A stretch of 64,000 nt of DNA from Candidatus Enterousia sp. (GTDB lineage: Bacteria > Pseudomonadota > Alphaproteobacteria > Rs-D84), in assembly GCA_045546155.1 (NCBI GenBank), contig JAZQCG010000007.1, forward strand, positions 21,749 through 85,748. Reading direction: 5' to 3'. Shown here piece by piece: positions 30,976 to 40,443 of this stretch. The notes under the pieces were generated by a model. The model ran no database searches. It was not told the DNA's origin and saw only the letters and a list, made by a program, of their open reading frames with translations. The position numbers and the translations under genes are program-made. Position 1 is the stretch's first letter; the number at the start of each line of letters is the position of its first letter.

Positions 30976-31563
30976 TTTAGTTGCTGGACTATTTGCCAGT
31001 TTGTTATTTTCCAAATAGTATTCTGTTTTTGTGGCCACCGACGGTGTGTCCCATGTGTCTACAAACGGACGTGAAATAATTGTCGCGCCAAATGTTGGGG
31101 TAAAATGAAACTGAATTAATCGCAGGGCACAATCTGCCCCATGCGTTGTTCTGAATCCTTTTGGGGTAATATCAAGCATTGCGCCATTGTTGTTCAGTTC
31201 AATTTTATATTCATCGTAATCGTGCGCGTTACCGGTTGCAACATGCGTGCGCGTGATACGGTCCGATTGTCCATCATTGTTAATATCTCGATTAAATTCA
31301 GCAATGCTTTCAATGCCTGCGCCAAATTCATCCAGTGTGCCGCGTGTTATAGTATCTGGTGTTCCAAGGCCGTCTGTAAATTCGCCGGCTGGGGTTGTCT
31401 TTTTTGCTTGTACGCGTTGTGATATTGTTGGGCTGTCCATTGTGGTGGTTGTTCCTGAATTTTTAAAGTCACCACGGAACTTCATAAAAAACAAAGCGCA
31501 TGCCGATGCGAATATCAAAATCAATAAAACATTTGTTGTAATTCCACCACGTTGTGATTTCAT
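30940..31563 (-). CDS. signal-anchored hypothetical protein
   Basis: N-terminal TM NVLLILIFASACALFF and a DINNDGQSDRI Ca-binding-like loop. Last gene of a three-gene minus-strand operon. Confidence 0.5.
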   Translation of the reverse strand: MKSQRGGITTNVLLILIFASACALFFMKFRGDFKNSGTTTTMDSPTISQRVQAKKTTPAGEFTDGLGTPDTITRGTLDEFGAGIESIAEFNRDINNDGQSDRITRTHVATGNAHDYDEYKIELNNNGAMLDITPKGFRTTHGADCALRLIQFHFTPTFGATIISRPFVDTWDTPSVATKTEYYLENNKLANSPATKLSNVCDVRDLF

Positions 31564-31574
31564 TTTTACATCCT

Positions 31575-32606
31575 TTACATTTGTACAACTTGTCCCGGCT
31601 TCCAGCCTTCGATTTGTCGAATTGCGTTTGCTACTTTGTCCAGTTCTTCGTCGCTTAATTCGGATATGCGACGATTAATTGATAGGCCCGTTATTCTTTC
31701 CAGACTGCGCTGATATGCGACGGTGTTATTTTCAGATGGCGGGGCATAGCGACTAACTGCATTTGCAATCGTCAGGTTATTATAGCTTTTACCGCGCAAC
31801 AGTTTCTTTATCGCCTGCATACCCGTTTGTTCGTCTGGGAATACCGCGAATCCACCGGCTTCGCCAATTGCGCCGGCGCGACGTGAAAATTCGGTCATGC
31901 GTATATTGCCTGGATTCTTGTTGCGCCATGCGCGTGTGCCACCAACCTGTTTGTATTGTGTGCCGTCTGCTGCAACAAAAATAACATCTTTGCCAGATTG
32001 TATCGCACGCACAGGTGTCATATTTGGTGTGGCCACAGCCGCGGGCGCACTACTGATGCTTTGTGATTGCACGGGCGATGTCGTTGTTTCGATTGTGCCC
32101 GGTGTACCAGATGCCGCCAATGGCGCATCTGCATACGGTGTTTCAGCCATATTCAAATTGACCCCAGAATCATAAATATCAAATTCTTCATATAATTTGT
32201 ATTCGTCGTATTTTTCCATTTTATCTTTGCGCAGATCCAGCAACGCATTAATTTTTTCAAGTGGTATTGAAATTGTTTTGCATCCCTGACCGATTAGGTC
32301 GCCACCATATATCGCATTTACAACAGCCGGGACAATACATATTGTCCCCAAAATCAGTACAAGATTTTTTATATTATTTGTAATAGATGCCAATTGTGCG
32401 TTTTTCGACCCGCGTATCATTGCCCACGCCCAACCCGCCAACAAAATCCCGACAATAAACATTAAAATTGTCCAGGCATATTCAAAAAAAGTCTGAAAAC
32501 TGCGAACGACGCATCCGGGGTCTTCCATATAGATATTTACACTATCCGCACTCAGGTTATGAAAACCCGAATTATCCAACAGTCTAAAAATCGTTTCTAT
32601 ATCCAT
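31575..32606 (-). CDS. two-TM membrane protein with Ser/Thr/Pro linker and conserved-looking C-terminal domain (WRNKNPGNIR motif)
   Basis: Two hydrophobic helices in aa 45-110, a low-complexity linker, then GGTRAWRNKNPGNIR...GGFAVFPDEQTGMQA. Confidence 0.5.
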   Translation of the reverse strand: MDIETIFRLLDNSGFHNLSADSVNIYMEDPGCVVRSFQTFFEYAWTILMFIVGILLAGWAWAMIRGSKNAQLASITNNIKNLVLILGTICIVPAVVNAIYGGDLIGQGCKTISIPLEKINALLDLRKDKMEKYDEYKLYEEFDIYDSGVNLNMAETPYADAPLAASGTPGTIETTTSPVQSQSISSAPAAVATPNMTPVRAIQSGKDVIFVAADGTQYKQVGGTRAWRNKNPGNIRMTEFSRRAGAIGEAGGFAVFPDEQTGMQAIKKLLRGKSYNNLTIANAVSRYAPPSENNTVAYQRSLERITGLSINRRISELSDEELDKVANAIRQIEGWKPGQVVQM

Positions 32607-32623
32607 CCACGTGCGTTTGGTGT

Positions 32624-33586
32624 TTATTTTTGACCCGCTGTCCCAGTAAAGAACCCAGGAATTGAAAAGTCTTCATCATTTGCGGCAATGCCCGCCCATC
32701 CGAACAAATCCCCCATCAGGCTATTGTCATCGCGCTTGGCCTTTTTAAATGGTAAAATATTTTTCAGTTTTCCAATCTTGCCATTGCCGGTTGCTTTTGG
32801 GGTGTCTGGGATTTTATCTTGGGTCTGTGCGAATTCGTTTGCCAATTGTGCCAATGTAGCATCTGTATCAGAAGCATCATCGCTCATAGAAATTGAAAAT
32901 TCCGTATCCGCATCAATAATGTTTTCTGGCTCTGATTCTGGGGCCGGTTCTGGTTCTGGGATTATATCTTCGCCCAGTGGGGTCATTGATTCCAGTAATT
33001 CTTCCAGTGTTTTTTCATGTTCTGCCACCGGTGCTTCATCGGCGATAATATCATCAATCGACACCGCTAGTGTATCTGTGTTTGCTGTCTCTTCGGGTTG
33101 TTCTTCTGGTACAGGTTCAGATACAATTGCAATTTCTTCTTCTGCTACTGCTGCGATTACAGGTTCGTCTTCATCTGCCGCGGGCTGTGCTTCATCATCA
33201 TTTGTCGATAATATAGATAAAATTGGAATAACAGGCTCAGCTTCGGTTTCTTGTTCTTCTTCGCCTGTATTTTGTGTGGGCTCTTCGATAATTGTTACTT
33301 CTTCTATGATTTCTTCTGTTGTTATACTGGACACTGGGGTCGGTTCAATTGCTTCTTCTGGGGCTTCACAGGTTTCTACTGTTTCAATTGCCATGGGTGT
33401 GTCTTGAATTGTGTCTGTGTATTCAGGTGCTGTATTTGCCAATGCATTATCTGAATCAACCGGCACGCCAAATAAAATAGTATCCTTATCCAATCCCAAC
33501 GCGTTGCGTACTTCTTCAAAAGCAGCGCGAATCTGGGCCATTTCGAACACTTCATTACCAGAAATATAGATTATTTTTGTTTTCAT
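32624..33586 (-). CDS. highly acidic E/P/A/T-rich protein
   Basis: ATG at 33586. A folded-looking 45-aa N-terminus, about 200 aa of acidic low complexity, then a basic/hydrophobic C-terminal peptide. Confidence 0.5.
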   Translation of the reverse strand: MKTKIIYISGNEVFEMAQIRAAFEEVRNALGLDKDTILFGVPVDSDNALANTAPEYTDTIQDTPMAIETVETCEAPEEAIEPTPVSSITTEEIIEEVTIIEEPTQNTGEEEQETEAEPVIPILSILSTNDDEAQPAADEDEPVIAAVAEEEIAIVSEPVPEEQPEETANTDTLAVSIDDIIADEAPVAEHEKTLEELLESMTPLGEDIIPEPEPAPESEPENIIDADTEFSISMSDDASDTDATLAQLANEFAQTQDKIPDTPKATGNGKIGKLKNILPFKKAKRDDNSLMGDLFGWAGIAANDEDFSIPGFFTGTAGQK

Positions 33587-33670
33587 TGAATACAATCCCC
33601 CACAAATTACCCATACATTATATCACATTTTAGGGTTGAACGCATATAAAAAATGTCTTAAACTGACATT

Positions 33671-33880
33671 ATGGCTGATATAAAACAACAAATTTTTCAA
33701 GAATTAGCATCCCTAGAAGAAGCCGCAGCACGTTTGCGCGGTACGGCGGTGGCGGCTGGCAAACAAACAGATCTTGAGGTTGCAATTCTGACCGAACAGG
33801 TAAAAGGTCTGCGGGAAAAAAATGCCCGTGCCACAGATATGATTGATAAATCGATTGAGATATTAAAGAAGTTAGCATGA
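33671..33880 (+). CDS. DUF4164/ZauP-like coiled-coil protein
   Basis: 69-aa coiled coil, ATGA-coupled to zapA. This is the arrangement known from alphaproteobacteria. Confidence 0.55.
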   Translation: MADIKQQIFQELASLEEAAARLRGTAVAAGKQTDLEVAILTEQVKGLREKNARATDMIDKSIEILKKLA

Positions 33881-34161
33881 GTGTAGTATCAATTCCTATT
33901 GTAAATAAAAATTATCCCATGGGCTGTGAAGACGGCCAAGAAGCCCGCTTGATTGATTTGGGCAAAATGGTTGATGCGCGTGCCCGCCAGATTCTGGATA
34001 AAATAGGTCCATTGCCCGAAAGTGCACTGCTTGCGACTTTGTGTATCGTTATGGCTGACGAACTGCGAACCAAAACCGCCAATGTCCCCAGTGTGACGGA
34101 TGCCGACCTGAAAGAGATTTTGGCGCGTATTCGCGAAATTAAGCATAAAATTGCCCAATAA
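33877..34161 (+). CDS. zapA: cell division protein ZapA
   Basis: 94 aa with V.I.I..K.Y...C.DG.E..L..L...VD, typical of ZapA. Confidence 0.75.
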   Translation: MSVVSIPIVNKNYPMGCEDGQEARLIDLGKMVDARARQILDKIGPLPESALLATLCIVMADELRTKTANVPSVTDADLKEILARIREIKHKIAQ

Positions 34162-34237
34162 AAAATGTGCGCCCACATTGAAATGTGGGTATTTTTCTGT
34201 TGTTATTTTTTTTCAAATGTTCTAAATTCTGGGTACT

Positions 34238-36469
34238 ATGGTAAAAGAAATTATCGAAAGAATTGATTCACAACAACTCTCAGACGCATTGTCTGAACGT
34301 TATTTGTCATACGCGGTCAGTACGATTGTATCCCGCGCATTACCCGATGTTCGTGACGGTTTAAAACCGGTGCATCGTCGTATTTTGTATTCTATGCTGC
34401 GCCAAAAATTGTCGCCATCGGCGGCGTTTCGTAAGTGCGCAACGGTTGTTGGTGACGTGTTGGGTCATTATCACCCCCACGGGGACAGCTCTGTCTATGA
34501 TGCGATGGTCCGACTGGCCCAGGATTTCTCGGTTCGTTATCCATTAATTGATGGCCAGGGTAACTTTGGTAACATTGACGGTGATCCCCAGGCTGCATAT
34601 CGTTACACAGAATCCAAGATGACCGATGCCGCCATGCTGATTATGGAAGGGTTGGATGAATCCAGTGTTGATATGATGCCAAATTTTGACGGCACAACAA
34701 TTGAACCGGTTGTTATGCCGGGGGCGTTTCCAAATCTGTTGGCAAATGGTGGTATGGGGATTGCGGTTGGTATGGCGACAAACATCCCAACCCATAATGT
34801 GGCTGAGGTTTGCGATGCATTAACCCTGGTTGTGGATCGGCCGGATGCCACCACCGCTCAAATTATGAAGAAAATGATCGGGCCTGATTTCCCAACGGGT
34901 GGTGTTCTGATTGATTCTTTTGAAACGATTGTAAAAAATTATGATACTGGCCGTGGTGCGTTTCGTGTTCGTGCGCGTTGGGCGGTCGAAGAACTGGAAC
35001 GCGGCACATACCAGGTTGTAATTACTGAAATCCCATACGGTATTGTAAAGTCTAAGTTGGTTGAACAAATCGGTGCATTGATTGACGGTAAAAAATTACC
35101 ACTGGTTGATGATATTATTGACGAATCTACAACCGATGTTCGCATTGTTATCACGCCAAAGTCCAAGAATATCCCAGCCGATAAAATGATGGCGCATTTG
35201 TTTGCGATGACGGACCTAGAATCGCGTTTCAATATGAACTTTAACGTGATTGATTCCAAGGGTGCGCCACGTGTAATGCCAATTGGTGATGTGTTGCGTG
35301 AATTTGTTGCGCATCAAAAAGATGTTCTGTTGCGTCGTACAACATGGCGCTTGAATAATATTGCGCGTCGCCTTGAAATCTTGGGCGGATTGCTGGTTGT
35401 GTATTTAAATCTTGATCGGGTAATCGAAATCATCAGAACCGAAGACGATGCCAAGGCTGTATTAACGGCTGAATTCAACCTGACTGAAATTCAGGTAGAG
35501 GCGATTTTAAACACACGCCTGCGTTCACTGCGCAAACTAGAAGAAATGGAAATCAAACGCGAAGATGCGGCCCTGCGCGAAGAACAGCGTCAGTTGCAAG
35601 AATTGATGGCCAGTCCCGACATGCAAAATGACCAGTTAAAGGCATGGTTTGCAGATATTAAAAAGCGTTATGATAAAAAGACCGCATTGGGACGTCGTCG
35701 CACAACCTGGGCGGAACAGACCGAAGAAGTTATTGTAAACGCGGATGAATTTATTGAAAAAGAACCATTGACGATAATTTTATCAACTATGGGCTGGATT
35801 CGCGCGGCCAAGGGTCATCTGGATTTAAATGCGCTGGATATGAAATTCAAAGAAGGCGACGAATTGCAATTTGCGTTCCATGCGATGTCTACGGATAAAA
35901 TCAATCTGTTTGCATCCGGCGGTAAAATGTTTACATTGGCGGCAAATGAATTGCCGTCGGCGCGTGGATTTGGTGAATCTGTGCGAATGATGGCTGATAT
36001 TGGTGCAGATGAAACGATTGTTCGTGCGTTTGTGTTGGATGTAAATGCAAAATACTTGGTGGTGGGTCGTCATGGTGTTGGATTTATTGTGTCGGGCGAA
36101 AATTGCTTGGCCCAGACCCGTAATGGAAAACAGGTTATGAACGTAGATTCTAAAAATCCAGCGATTATGTGTGTGCCGGTGACCGGTGATACGGTCGCGA
36201 TGTCCGGTTCAAATGACAAACTGCTGATATTTGCAACGTCTGAAATCCCAGAAATGTCCCGTGGCAAAGGGGTGATTTTACAGAAATATAACGCCGAACG
36301 CACGTATGTTTTGGATGTTATGTTCTTTGATGCATCTGATGGGTTCAGCTGGACAACTGGTCGTGGTACAACGCGGCTTGAAGATTGGAAACCATGGGTT
36401 GCGCGTCGCGCGTCCCAGGGTCGAACAATTCCGGTTGGCTTCCCACGCAGTGGAAAATTTGGAAAATAA
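34238..36469 (+). CDS. parC: DNA topoisomerase IV subunit A
   Basis: [12 protein letters not shown] and the active-site AAYRYTE. 743 aa, lacking a GyrA box and long C-terminal tail. Confidence 0.85.
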   Translation: MVKEIIERIDSQQLSDALSERYLSYAVSTIVSRALPDVRDGLKPVHRRILYSMLRQKLSPSAAFRKCATVVGDVLGHYHPHGDSSVYDAMVRLAQDFSVRYPLIDGQGNFGNIDGDPQAAYRYTESKMTDAAMLIMEGLDESSVDMMPNFDGTTIEPVVMPGAFPNLLANGGMGIAVGMATNIPTHNVAEVCDALTLVVDRPDATTAQIMKKMIGPDFPTGGVLIDSFETIVKNYDTGRGAFRVRARWAVEELERGTYQVVITEIPYGIVKSKLVEQIGALIDGKKLPLVDDIIDESTTDVRIVITPKSKNIPADKMMAHLFAMTDLESRFNMNFNVIDSKGAPRVMPIGDVLREFVAHQKDVLLRRTTWRLNNIARRLEILGGLLVVYLNLDRVIEIIRTEDDAKAVLTAEFNLTEIQVEAILNTRLRSLRKLEEMEIKREDAALREEQRQLQELMASPDMQNDQLKAWFADIKKRYDKKTALGRRRTTWAEQTEEVIVNADEFIEKEPLTIILSTMGWIRAAKGHLDLNALDMKFKEGDELQFAFHAMSTDKINLFASGGKMFTLAANELPSARGFGESVRMMADIGADETIVRAFVLDVNAKYLVVGRHGVGFIVSGENCLAQTRNGKQVMNVDSKNPAIMCVPVTGDTVAMSGSNDKLLIFATSEIPEMSRGKGVILQKYNAERTYVLDVMFFDASDGFSWTTGRGTTRLEDWKPWVARRASQGRTIPVGFPRSGKFGK

Positions 36470-36470
36470 G

Positions 36471-36497
36471 AAAACCCCGCCACACGGCGGGATTTTT
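36471..36497. terminator. bidirectional intrinsic terminator
   Basis: CCCGCC-ACAC-GGCGGG flanked by A- and T-runs, shared by parC and the convergent small lipoprotein gene. Confidence 0.8.
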
Positions 36498-36612
36498 AAT
36501 AAACTGGGTACGAACGTGGATAGTCTGGATTTGGGTGTTCCAGTGCGGATTTTACCCCACATCCCGCAAGGGCGACTAAAACTGCAAATAAAATAAATAC
36601 TGTTTTCTTCAT
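36496..36612 (-). CDS. small lipoprotein, LptM/YifL-like (38 aa)
   Basis: Not in the ORF track. MKKTVFILFAVLVALAGCGVKSALEHPNPDYPRSYPVY has a signal peptide plus lipobox LAGC and a short Pro-rich mature peptide. Confidence 0.6.
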   Translation of the reverse strand: MKKTVFILFAVLVALAGCGVKSALEHPNPDYPRSYPVY

Positions 36613-36726
36613 GCTGCAAATTATACATCCCAGGGGCGGGGGTGTCAATTTTTTATATCTGTGATTAAAATCGTGGGAATTTTATGATATAATGTTCCCA
36701 GTATAGTCCAGAGAGAGAATATTCAT

Positions 36727-37926
36727 ATGTCTTCACAAAAGTTATCACGCGACCTACGGTTGTTGCTTGTCTTTTCTGCCTTGCGTAATGTTACCGATTT
36801 GTTTTTGGGGACGTTCTTAATATCTTTTATTATGCGCATTTCCCCGACCGAGATTTTATCTGTATCCATGTACAAGCTGTTTGAATACGCGGCAACGTGT
36901 GCAGGATTCTTTATGTTTGCGCATTGGTGTAAACATTATAACAAGGTTTCTGTTTTTGCATTGAACCAGATTCCAAAAATTGCATTACTGCTTGCAATTA
37001 TTTTATTGGGGGACAATGTTGCGGAATATGTTGTTCCGCTGGGGTTGCTTTATGGTATTGGTGCAGCAATGTATCATTTGCCAATGAACTTAATGGTTGG
37101 CGAAAAAAGTACACGCGATACAGTTGGTCTTTATATGGGGGCAAAAACTGCTACTAATTACACGGTCAAGGTTGTTGTGCCTGTTATTTTAGGGTTCTTT
37201 ATTGATACTGGTTCTTATACTTCGGTGGCATATGTTTTGCTGGGACTATCTGTGCTAGAATTGTTTTTGATGGCATTTTTATCGCCATCACGTCATCGTA
37301 CGCGTCGCCCATTGGATTTTGGTGGTTTTTTCCGTTGCATGATGCGTTTCCCGGTTATTCGCACTCTTTTTGCGATGGAAATAATGCGTGGTTTTGGTAT
37401 GGGGTTATTGGCATCTGTGATAACGATGTACACAGTATTTATGTTTAAAACAGACTTGAATCTGGGGATATTTACAACACTGTTTTCATTGTTTTCAATT
37501 CTTACGTCCTGGCTGTTGGGACGTTTTGGGCGTCCGCGTCATTATCCGTATATAATATTACTTGCGATGTTTATAAGCGCGATGGGGATTTCGTTATTTG
37601 TATGGCGCACGACACCGATAACTTTCTTGGGATATAACCTGGTTTATGCAACAGCAATTGTTGTCTTGGACCAGTTGTGTGCTGTTAATATGTTTAAGTT
37701 ATCTAATTCAAAATGTATAACCGCCAATCATAAAATAGAATACTTTGTATTTCGTGATTTTGCCCTGTTTATCGGTCGCTGGGTGGGGTATGTAGGATTG
37801 ATGTATATCGGTGTTTTTGGTGGTTATGCATGGTTGCGTTGGTATCTGGTTGTTATCACATTGTCGATTATGGTTGCAGGATGGATGACTATGCGGATGT
37901 TGCCGTATTTTAAAAAGAATAAATAA
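36727..37926 (+). CDS. polytopic membrane transporter, probably MFS
   Basis: 399 aa with about 12 hydrophobic segments and a basic loop after TM6 (SPSRHRTRRP). Confidence 0.55.
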   Translation: MSSQKLSRDLRLLLVFSALRNVTDLFLGTFLISFIMRISPTEILSVSMYKLFEYAATCAGFFMFAHWCKHYNKVSVFALNQIPKIALLLAIILLGDNVAEYVVPLGLLYGIGAAMYHLPMNLMVGEKSTRDTVGLYMGAKTATNYTVKVVVPVILGFFIDTGSYTSVAYVLLGLSVLELFLMAFLSPSRHRTRRPLDFGGFFRCMMRFPVIRTLFAMEIMRGFGMGLLASVITMYTVFMFKTDLNLGIFTTLFSLFSILTSWLLGRFGRPRHYPYIILLAMFISAMGISLFVWRTTPITFLGYNLVYATAIVVLDQLCAVNMFKLSNSKCITANHKIEYFVFRDFALFIGRWVGYVGLMYIGVFGGYAWLRWYLVVITLSIMVAGWMTMRMLPYFKKNK

Positions 37927-37948
37927 AAACCGCCCAAATGGGCGGCAT

Positions 37949-38422
37949 TTATTTTTGTATTTCTTTTAGTCGGTAAACAATATTAAATATCTGTGATGCA
38001 TTGTTGGTTAATTTGATTTCGCCACGTGTTCTTTTTGTCGCCATATCAACCAATTTAAAGAACTTGCGTGATTTGGCGCGCGCTAGCCATTTTTCAACGT
38101 CGGATGAACTTTTGTCTGCAGCTTTGCCAACACTGTGCCGTGTTTGCGCAAACATCAGCGGTGTATTGTTGTTGCCCTGGGTCAGTATGATTGTCCCTAG
38201 TTTATAATCGACTTCCCAGTCGCGTACACCAAATTGTGGACGAACTGTTTGACCGATTGGCTGATAAATAGTAAGTGTATATTTTTCTTCTGGGTTCAAT
38301 GTTTGTTTAAAAGTATACACAATAGCATTGTCTTTCTTGGAAATATCCATTGCACACGCACTGTTTGTAATAAAAGCGGTGGCAATATCATAAACTTGTG
38401 AAATTCTGTATGTTTTTTGCAT
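37949..38422 (-). CDS. hypothetical protein (157 aa)
   Basis: Clean ORF with no recognisable motif. Confidence 0.45.
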   Translation of the reverse strand: MQKTYRISQVYDIATAFITNSACAMDISKKDNAIVYTFKQTLNPEEKYTLTIYQPIGQTVRPQFGVRDWEVDYKLGTIILTQGNNNTPLMFAQTRHSVGKAADKSSSDVEKWLARAKSRKFFKLVDMATKRTRGEIKLTNNASQIFNIVYRLKEIQK

Positions 38423-38437
38423 TTTTGTTCCTTGTTT

Positions 38438-38875
38438 TTATCTTTGTTTCCAGTTTATAGAATCAGCTATGGCATAGTGCAGCCCAATAAACGGATTACC
38501 AACGTCCATGTTGCCACAATGTTGCACCATTGACCAGTCTAGGTTTATTGGTTGTTTTGCAGGGCCAAAAATATATTCAACGTATCCGCATGTGCGTGGC
38601 ACTAAATCGCCTGCCAATGCCAGTTCTGGTGTAACCTTAGCGCAGTCGTTCTTTCGTGTGCTCAGGCGGGAATTGTATATTCCGCAACGTTTTGTTTTGA
38701 TGTCCAGATAATTGCAACACAGGCGTGTATATAATGTGATGTCTGATATCCCGATTTTGCACAGACAGCACAAACCGCACCCCTTGCATATTTTTTCGTA
38801 TGCTTCTGGGGGCATTTTACGCAGTTCTTTGAAGCGTCGCGCTTGATCTGGTGTTAAATTGTATTTTTGTTGCAT
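38438..38875 (-). CDS. YkgJ/YcgN-type Cys-cluster protein
   Basis: CKGCGLCCLCK...CCNYLD..TKRCGIY matches the CxxCxxCC zinc/iron-chelating family. Confidence 0.6.
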   Translation of the reverse strand: MQQKYNLTPDQARRFKELRKMPPEAYEKICKGCGLCCLCKIGISDITLYTRLCCNYLDIKTKRCGIYNSRLSTRKNDCAKVTPELALAGDLVPRTCGYVEYIFGPAKQPINLDWSMVQHCGNMDVGNPFIGLHYAIADSINWKQR

Positions 38876-38945
38876 GTTTGTTGTCTTTTTTGAAGACGGT
38901 AGTCTAAAAACGTGTTTTTGTCAACGTGTTTGTTAATGGAATGTC

Positions 38946-38973
38946 TTGACAAAAGCACATGTTGTGTTATATT
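38946..38973 (+). promoter_or_regulatory. near-consensus promoter
   Basis: TTGACA, 16 nt, TGT-TATATT. Nearly identical to the promoter at 40361-40388. Confidence 0.6.
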
Positions 38974-38995
38974 ACAATGTGTAAGGAGGTGGTAA

Positions 38996-40243
38996 ATGTA
39001 CGATAATAACTCACTGAACGCTCTTGCTGGACAAATAAACGATTGGGGCGATAATCTTTTTCAGAATAAGCCTGCCGAAACAGAAATCGGTAATATGACA
39101 TTTCGTTTGTTGGATGCGTTTATAAAAGGCAATCAAACAGTACATAATTTTAGTGTTGTTGTTAGTGCTTTGTTACGCCTGGCAGATATTGTATTACGCG
39201 GGGGATATGATGTTATCGGCGTTGCGGGTGCAGTTGCACATAAATTGGAAACCTGTCTTAGCATGATAGAAAGATATTTGCCCGATGTATTAGGTGATGT
39301 GAAAATTATTATTGATAAACTGCATCAGAAAGACAAAAATATTTTAAAAAAATTGCCTAAAAATGGTTTTTGTTGGGCTTTACGTCGTATAGATATTGAT
39401 GCTATTAACCCAGATGGCTCAAAAGCAGAATCTTCTAAATTCGAAATAGTACGGATTTGCACAAATGAAATATTCCCAGACGGCTCTATAATTCCACTGC
39501 ACATTGTGAAAGACGGGCGTATCCTTGCCAAACCACAATCCAAAGTTGCTGTGAAGCTGCCACCTGACGATCCTAAAAAACATCGTGAAACCAAACTGGT
39601 CAAAAACGCGTCATACAATGTTTTGCCCTATATCGTTGTCGCTGTGCTGGATTCAATCGTGTCCAAGGTAGAACATGCTTCGGATTCTACGCTCAAACTT
39701 ACCTTAAAACCAGAATTTTTAGCGACAAAAGAATTCGGCCCATATGTTTTCTGTTACAGTTTTTATTACGAAACCGAAACACTTAATAACAAGCCTGTGC
39801 CACTTTTTCGCTACAAAGACATGGCGGATATATTTGCGGGCCCAGGCGGCGTCCGCAATTCTTTGACGGCGCCCGAATATGCGCGCAAATTTGTAGAATT
39901 GGCGGGTGTCAAAGCACACCTAACGGAGGATAATGAAATTGTTGTTCCAAAAGACGCACGGATATTTGACGATTATGGCAGAAGCCTGTCCTTATCGGCA
40001 TTAAAAAATCCACTAAGTGTGCATAGCTTCCTTCCGTTGGTGGGGGATGACAGTCCTCTTGTGTTTGATCTGTTACGCGCCACCGGACAAAGTTTAAATG
40101 TATTTGGAAAATTAAACCTGTTCCGGTATCTTAATGGAAAAATGAAATACACCCCAAAAGAATCGTATGATTTTTGGATGTCCGCCAGCGAGGCTTCCAA
40201 ATTGAACCTAGTAAAATCAAATAAAGATTCATACCAAAAATAG
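38996..40243 (+). CDS. hypothetical protein (415 aa)
   Basis: AAGGAGGTGG RBS, followed by a terminator. No recognisable domain. Confidence 0.5.
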   Translation: MYDNNSLNALAGQINDWGDNLFQNKPAETEIGNMTFRLLDAFIKGNQTVHNFSVVVSALLRLADIVLRGGYDVIGVAGAVAHKLETCLSMIERYLPDVLGDVKIIIDKLHQKDKNILKKLPKNGFCWALRRIDIDAINPDGSKAESSKFEIVRICTNEIFPDGSIIPLHIVKDGRILAKPQSKVAVKLPPDDPKKHRETKLVKNASYNVLPYIVVAVLDSIVSKVEHASDSTLKLTLKPEFLATKEFGPYVFCYSFYYETETLNNKPVPLFRYKDMADIFAGPGGVRNSLTAPEYARKFVELAGVKAHLTEDNEIVVPKDARIFDDYGRSLSLSALKNPLSVHSFLPLVGDDSPLVFDLLRATGQSLNVFGKLNLFRYLNGKMKYTPKESYDFWMSASEASKLNLVKSNKDSYQK

Positions 40244-40360
40244 AACAACCACCCAAATGGGTGGTTTTTTATTGTGTACAGACTTACTCAATCTGAAAAC
40301 TGACGAAATACGCGATTTATCACCATTTTTTGAAAGCGGTAAAAAAGTTCGTGACAGCTC

Positions 40361-40388
40361 TTGACAAAAATATTTGTTGTGCTATATA
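40361..40388 (+). promoter_or_regulatory. near-consensus promoter
   Basis: TTGACA, 16 nt, TGC-TATATA. The leader carries the hairpin GATACGG-8 nt-CCGTATC. Confidence 0.6.
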
Positions 40389-40443
40389 TATGTGATACGG
40401 AGAGTGAGCCGTATCATGAACAGCATAACCAAGAGGTGCTATC

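Noticed and set aside
32688-33407. 239-aa plus-strand ORF rich in Ser/Gly/Ala
   Set aside because: It is the antisense reading of the acidic E/P/A/T-rich gene. It is low-complexity mirror-frame sequence with no RBS.
34162-34237. 6S RNA downstream of zapA, as in enterobacteria
   Set aside because: The gap is only 76 nt, and most of it is a simple terminator hairpin before parC.
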